A DNA stretch of 61,220 nucleotides, the filler included, from Sluysia triapertura (lineage: Eukaryota): assembly GCA_046118255.1 (NCBI GenBank). It is 5 parts of 5 records of this genome, joined end to end, with 100 filler letters (N's around TTAATTAATTAA, not from the genome) between each part and the next. Parts side by side here need not be neighbours in the genome. Positions count along the whole stretch, not along the records: positions 50,301 to 61,220 come from JBJNIA010191518.1; 4 more parts are not named here. One strand, 5' to 3'. Position 1 is the stretch's first letter, and each line of letters begins with the position of its first letter. Below the pieces are notes generated by a model, which was not told where the DNA came from, did not search any database, and saw only the letters and a list, made by a program, of their open reading frames with translations. Below, piece after piece: positions 54,201 through 61,220 of the stretch. A program made the translations under genes and the position numbers.

Positions 54201-56363
54201 AGTATTTACGAAGCACAATATTGTTATCCAAAATTTATGTGAAGTTCAAGGCACAATTTGCATGGCACCAGCTTATCAAGGATTTTTGAAGTATGCTGGT
54301 CAAATAAGTATTTCTAAAAGCGGTGAAGCGTCTATGGATTGGATTAACGCGAAGAAATTGTTAACTGAAAGTGATTTAATTTTGTCGAAAAATTATTGTG
54401 CCTTTGGTGTAAAAATTCCACCGAAAAAGATGCGATGTTTCATCATTTGATTACAAACATTATAGCGTTCAGCAACAATTTTGGTGTTATACGACTAGTT
54501 TTGCTAATCCAAAACGATTATGTTCATTTACGGATAGAGCTGCTTTATCATTCAGTTCTTCAATTGTTATATTTTATTTCTAACAAAATATTAAATTTTG
54601 TCACTGTTCTTAATTTGTTAATTTTGACAGGCCTTAAGCCTATTTTATTAAAAGTTTTTAAATTAAAGTTAAATTGTTCTTATTTAATTAGTGTTTTAAA
54701 CTTTTTTAATAAAAAATTAAAAATAAACAAAAATAATAATAGTTTATTTAAATTAAACTACTTAATGCCCTCTACAAGAATATTGTTGTTGATACCTTCA
54801 GTGAGGAAATAGCGTTAGAGGTATAGGAAAATATTACGCTAAGATGTTAAATATAAGAAAACAGTTTGCTGGGTGCTTTCTTAATCTAAAAACCTAACCT
54901 ACAGCAAAATAAATTATTATTCTGAGACCGTTTACAGCATACGACTTACAGCATACGGCGTACCTGTGTTGGTGTGACGTGACGAGTGACATTGTAAAAT
55001 TATTTTACATTAATCGACATTATTTTTATTAGATTATAACGTGTGACATTGCAAAATTATTTTACATTATTTTATTAGACATTAATATTTTTATTTTTGA
55101 TTTTAGTATTTATTAAAAAATAATGTTTTATTTATTTTGTTATAACAATGTCTTTATAATATTATTGATTTAAAAAATTATTAATATTATACTTAGTAAA
55201 ATTATTAAATATAAATGAAACAAATAATAAGAAATATTTTGTTTTAACAAACTATTATAAATAAAATAAATCATTTGTTTTAATGAGGTATATTATTAAA
55301 TTATTTGAAACAAAATGGAGGTAATTAAATTTAGTATAAATACCAAAATTTTTTAGCATAACTACAGAACATAAAATAGTTGAGAACATAAAACGGTTGA
55401 CAATAGCAAACAAATAGACGTTGGATCCAAAGAAGATCTCTAGACATAACTATATCCATGCAAAAGTAATTATTTTTTACATAAGTTTCGAATATCCTAA
55501 TTTTAAATTATATCTCTAAAATCCACGCAAAATATTTTTAAGTATTGTCAGACCGTAAAAAGGCTGACTTAACCTTCTAATTACAATTAATTCAATCTAA
55601 GGGAAACCTTAAGATTTAAATTTCTCTCTTTATTATATAATATGTGTATAAGTTGTGATATAATCTTATATTTGTATAAATTATAGTTAATAAACTCTTG
55701 TATTTGAGAATTCTTTGTTTTTATTAAAATCATTTATTGATTACAATCAGATCGTAAAGGCCGATTTAACCTTTAAAATATTTGAATATTTCACAGACCG
55801 TAAAAAGGCTGTCTTAACCTACAGATAAACTTAAACTATTCTAAAATCCTATTAGATATTGCTACCGGTTGATTGTTTACGTGAGCCTATCTCTTACAGT
55901 TAATTTCTTTAAGCTACTTATAAGTCTAATTAAACCGTCGTCAGCTAGTGACATAAACCGACTCTAATTAGCCGAACACTCCTCCAGACGTTAACTATTT
56001 TGCTAAGTAGGTTCTTGTTAAGGCAGAACACTTTTTGATGTATGACCAATTTTTAGTTAATTTTTCCATATGATATTGATTTATCTGCAATATTTTTCAC
56101 AATGTACATTTACTTAATAAATGTGCGAATTTGCATTTGTTTGTGCTTGCTAATGTTCATTTTTCATTTCTATTTTAATAATAAGTTCTTATTTAAATGT
56201 TAATTTCTATTTCCCAATTAAGCTTGTCGAGTTGTGCTGCATATCTCTTACACTACGTTTTAATTTAGAATATTTTTGAGCTATTTCTTTCTTAAATATA
56301 GAACTTTAAGATATTTCACTTAAAACTATTGAGATTATGATATATTTGTTTTATTCTTATTCT

Positions 56364-56412
<49 letters not shown>

Positions 56413-56709
56413 CTTCATAAAATGTAAATATAAATATAATTAGAGTAAAACAATAGCTTTACATATTGTTCAGTAATGAAATAATTATGGGCTATAGATT
56501 CTGAGAAGAAAAAAGGAATACATAAGCATTAGAAATTGGTACAAACGACTATAACTAGTAATGTGATGGAAATTATTATGTGGTTTAACTATTTAATGAA
56601 TATTATTATATTAGTAATTACTTTTTGAACAATAATATAGTTAAAGATAAAATAAGATAACTCTTATATCAGAATTGTACAAAATATTTAAAAATAAAAT
56701 CGATAAGAG

Positions 56710-56880
56710 AAGCCCTTTTTAATTCATATATTACTATCAAATATGTTTTTTTGTACAAAAATAAGCATGCACCTTATAAAATGTCGCAAAGCTCTCAAGC
56801 CTGTTGAATGCCAAATTAATGCAATGCGTAGTCGATCTCCTTGTAAAATCGTCATTTTATTTAAACATGAACCTGAATTA
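56710..56880 (+). pseudogene. Possible decayed GTSF1/asterix-like tandem CHHC zinc finger
   Basis: MHLIKCRKALKPVECQINA...LFKH resembles GTSF1 YHLIKCRK...CPFNARH...H. Several zinc ligands are lost. Confidence 0.3.
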
Positions 56881-57513
56881 ATAGACACTATTAAATTGCC
56901 GTTCAGAATTATTAAATCAATTAAATTGACAAATTCAGCTGAACCTAGTGGAATTTCTCTGGTGTATGTAAAACATAGCTCAACAACGTTCGTCGATTCA
57001 AATCTAATCAGGAGTTGAATATGAATTCTCCGGCCGAAAACAAATCCGAGAATCACAAAGATTTTCTCATTATGCTTCTAACGAGGTATATAACTCAATA
57101 AAATTAACTGCTAATATATCAGTTGATGTATATAAAGAGTATGCTAAAAATTAAGTTTGCAATATCCATTTCAAAAGATGATACGTTATTGTCGAAAAAA
57201 AATTAACAATTCGAAAGGATCTTTTACATCAGTAATTTACCTTTATTATAACATTTTTTGATAGAAACGCATTCGATTACAATAAATTCATTGCTTCTCA
57301 TCATCAATGTTCTCCTTTTGAAATTCTTAGTATCAATTTGAAATATAATCGTATGCAAACTCATGATAATATGTAAATTACCTTCTTATTAAATTGAAAT
57401 TTATTGTTTTATTATAATTTTTAGTATTACGTTAATTGTTAATTATTTTAGTTATCTTAATTTGCCTTTGATTAGCCTAACAGCCCTTAAGGCTATTCAG
57501 TTTAATTTTTTAA

Positions 57514-57619
57514 CACGTTGAATGCCATTGGGATCATCGGTGACCGGCGAAGCCAAGGTTATTAGAAACTTTTTGTCCAGACGGGCAAGCCATGTAAAAT
57601 TAGCGTGGCATTCAACGTA
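57514..57619. mobile_element. 106-bp piggyBac-type MITE
   Basis: TTAA|CACGTTGAATGCCA ... TGGCATTCAACGTA|TTAA: 14-bp TIR with one mismatch, TTAA on both sides. Confidence 0.85.
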
Positions 57620-60600
57620 TTAACAAATGATTTTGTTTTATATGTTAATGGTAAAACATATTACAACGTAAAATTAAATTTCCCTTATCTGTAATTTCAA
57701 AGGAATTTGTTGATACTTATGTAAGTTACAAGACCAGATTACTTAATATAAATTCTATTAGGAAACCTTACTCTAAGTAATTATTACTTCATACAATCGA
57801 AATTTCCTTCATGTAACTCTTAATCTTGACTACCTATCACGTATATTTATTTCTGTCAAGTGCGTACTATATTTATTTTTTTAATTTCTTATGTAAACAT
57901 GTCGTTAAAATTCACATAAAACTTGTTCTCAAATGTCGTTCATTGTTTAATTCTCGAACTTCCCTTTTCATCAAAATCAATTCTAATTTTGCTTAAGGCA
58001 GCATCAAATAATTTTTTAGGCAAGATGAGGAAAAATGTGTACGTCAAATATAATTCTATCAGCATTTTTTGCGTTAATATATCTGCATTGACATCAGAAA
58101 AGGGTTCGTAGACCAAGTTAGACATGAAATATCTAGGTAATAGTATCAAAATGACATAAATGACTTAGAGTTGAGATTGACTGTCAACGTAGATTTTACA
58201 GAAACTAGATCATCCACACAACTTTCTCGTACCCGATGGTATGTGGTATATGATCATTGGATTATGAGAGACAATAATTACGAAATGAAAGATGATGTTC
58301 ATGAAATAGGATGGCTTTTCTGTGCAATGGATACTGTTTGTAAAGACATTTAACCGATTGTATTGTTTTATCAAATCCATTCTTAGAACAAAAAGTTTAG
58401 AAGTTGAACAATGTTACCATGACGTTCTTGTCTATCACCTAGATAAACAAATGAAAAGAAAAGGTTTGTGACCACAAAAATTCAAATGTAGTCATTTTAT
58501 ACATCAAGTGTTCAGCATCTTGGTTATCATTACTACATAATCTATCTCTTTGTTCAATATCATTATTAATTTCATCTACTTTAACAATGTTACGCAGAAC
58601 AGATGAAATCGAAGGTAACTTTAATCTATGAAAACATACATGAATTATTCGCAGATTAGACATGAGGTACATGAACTGGTTCAGAAATAAAATGTTAATT
58701 ATTATAACAAAATTATTTTATTTTCAAGACAAACAATGAAATTAAGAAAATGTTGCTTAATTTTTTAAGGGTAACATTTCTTCAAAAATAAATCCTAAAA
58801 AATAATTTATAAAATCAATTTTTATAATTAATAATTAATTTTTAATAACTATTATTTAAATAAAGACCTAGGTGGCCTAATGAAAAGAAAAAAGTTTAAT
58901 TTATTTTTACTTATTATTATTTAAGGTTATTATTATTCTAATGTTATGAAATTTAAATAAAACTAAAAATTTCGAATTAAAGTAGAAAAGTGACTTATGT
59001 TTTTGGATACTTTAAGTCAAAGTTGACAAATGAGGTGTTAAAGAGCTTGACATCATTTAACGGTCTTGTCGTATTCTGCTAAAAATTTGAAATGAATGTA
59101 TTTAAATGACAAAGATTGATGGTTAACTGATGTTTAAATTGTGTGATAAGTGATTGTCTAAACTAGTTGTTTTTGTTATTATTTATGGTAAGCTGTTGTC
59201 ATTGTTTATGGTAATGATTCATTTAGAAGTGATACTGAAATTGAAGATAAGATTGTCGATATTTAAAAGGATATACAAGGAGTAACGTGAAAAAATTGTG
59301 ATAATTGAGATCTTATTATGATTGTGTATTTGATAGTTTTGTTATTTAAATAATGTTGAAAATAATATTGCATTTTTGTATGGAATAAAGTTGTAAGTTA
59401 TACTAAGTCTATTTAAACATATGTCAGAGTATAATCTTATAAACTCAATATGCAAATAGTTTACACGTTCCACGGTTTAAGTATGGTGCGACGTGTACTT
59501 AAGTGTGATTTCTAAACGAGGGTCTAAAACTGCTTCTGCCAATACTTCTAAGAATTTCTCTTTCTTTTATCAGATATTAGATTAACTATTTGGTGAATTT
59601 AATATCTGCGAATATCTTATAACGAGATACTAAGCAGTTATTATTTATAAGTTATGTACTAAACGTAATTCGTATACTAGTCTACAATTTCTTTTATTAC
59701 TTTTACTTACTAACTTCTTACATATGCTAATTTCAATAAGTTTCTCACTTAAAATACATTTGCAAATCTATTAAACTTTTAATTTTCTTTGTAAAAACAA
59801 AGTTAAATCGTTAGAAGATATTTAATAAACCCCAATGAAGTTCATGACCTACATCATCATCAGCCACTACCATTATAACTACCTTAAAGACTTCGCGATT
59901 CCTCGACTTTCCTTTTTTTAATAATATTCTACCATATCTAAATTTTGATTGTTTGTTGTTTGTGAAACGTCATCTAAAGCAGATTTGTATCTTTGAGAAT
60001 CTATTGTGTATTCTTACAGCACCATCATTAAATCCAATTATAAATTCAATTATTTACACCGATACTTTCAATGCACCAAACCACTGAAGTAGAAACATTT
60101 AAAGATTAGATTTATCTGCATTCTGCAGTAGCCAACCTAATATATTAAAATTTTAATTTAACACTACACATAAAAATCACTTCAGAATACTTAATAATTC
60201 ATCATTTAGGATTCTTTAAAACTGTAAATACTTTCAAACATTTTAAATTCAAAAATTCATAACATTAAAATCTTATTCAACATCGAAAATCATCAAACAT
60301 ACAAATTTTACTTAATCCAAAACATTTCAAGTTCACAATCCTTCAACACTCAATTATTAACATCAGCGTTAAACATTAAATTCACATTTTAAAACCATTT
60401 TAAACATTGCAATGAAAATGGAATTTCTTTAACAGATTTAGTTATGTATTATTTCTTTTTAACATTCTTTTATCAGTTCTTTCTACATTTCATTTTTTCT
60501 TCATCACTGTATAAAGCCTCTTTCGAAGAAAATAAGATTTAGAAGACATTTAAAGAAGATTTTTATGTTATATTTAAAAGAATTGTTGTATATAGAAAGA

Positions 60601-61220
60601 AGTTAAAGTTTATGCATATTTATATATATTATTTTATTTATTTATTCAGTATTATTATTATTATCTCTATTTTATTATAATTATTATCTTAGTCATTTTT
60701 ATTTTCATTATTAGTTACTTCCCATAAAATTTTTTTCATATAACCAGTCTTTTAATTATTAGCCATGTATTATCTGTCATTATTGACAGACATTTTTAAT
60801 TAAAATTGTGTAATAACATATACCATTTGCAGGCATGCATTTGCACAGTGTGGTTAATAATAATGCAGTTAGTTTGATCGGACGTCCAATCAGTGCTACT
60901 TATCTACATTATCATTTGTTGTTTTTATTGGATGCCCAATCATGACCAATTTTATTGTCTCACTAGTTATTAAAAAATTAGAAATATACAGAATGCATCA
61001 CAATTGAATGTCAATAAAAGTTAAAGTATAACAAAAGATTTAAAGCAGTAAAAAATAGAAATTTCAGATTGTATAAACAGCAATTTTAATTATTTATTTA
61101 ATCAGAATATTAGGCATAGTTAATATTTGTTCAAATAAAAACGAAATTTAACCTTTATCGTACGCTATTTATATTGATTTGTATTACCTGCCGGACGGAA
61201 TTAATTTGCAAAAGGTGTGA

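Noticed and set aside
35400-60140. Alternative genetic code or RNA editing as an explanation for the many stop-interrupted ORFs
   Set aside because: VPS13D, FAM136A and the mucin translate cleanly in the standard code. The interrupted tracts contain all three stops plus frameshifts, as expected for decay.

Overview
Very AT-rich eukaryotic (animal, probably invertebrate) draft-scaffold window with sized N-gaps and four artificial 100-bp joins (N44-TTAATTAATTAA-N44). Four host genes can be supported. (1) The C-terminal ~1,215 codons of a VPS13D orthologue in 11 phase-consistent exons (+, 24186-33964); the 5' part is missing beyond a scaffold join. (2) A two-exon FAM136A (+, 34530-35025). (3) The terminal exon of a CD164/endolyn/porimin-type Thr-rich sialomucin (-, 16478-17004), with degenerate C-type-lectin-like exons upstream. 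(4) An isolated CCDC88 (Girdin/Daple)-like coiled-coil exon (+, ~40782-41357). The rest is mostly decayed mobile DNA: a dense cluster of one ~910-bp TGTTG...CAACA LTR family, a degenerate BEL/Pao pol, a Tc1/mariner relic split by a 2.85-kb insertion with a 5-bp TSD, hAT and maT relics, Tc1-type and piggyBac-type MITEs, a 3-copy possible GIY-YIG repeat, and microsatellites. The most unusual items are a tiny 3-copy element with a tRNA-like body inside TGTTAGAC...GTCTAACA inverted termini, a possible lectin-headed CD164-like gene, and a bias to GTTA splice donors. I see no convincing evidence of a wholly new multi-gene system. All homology calls come from motif recognition by eye, not database searches.
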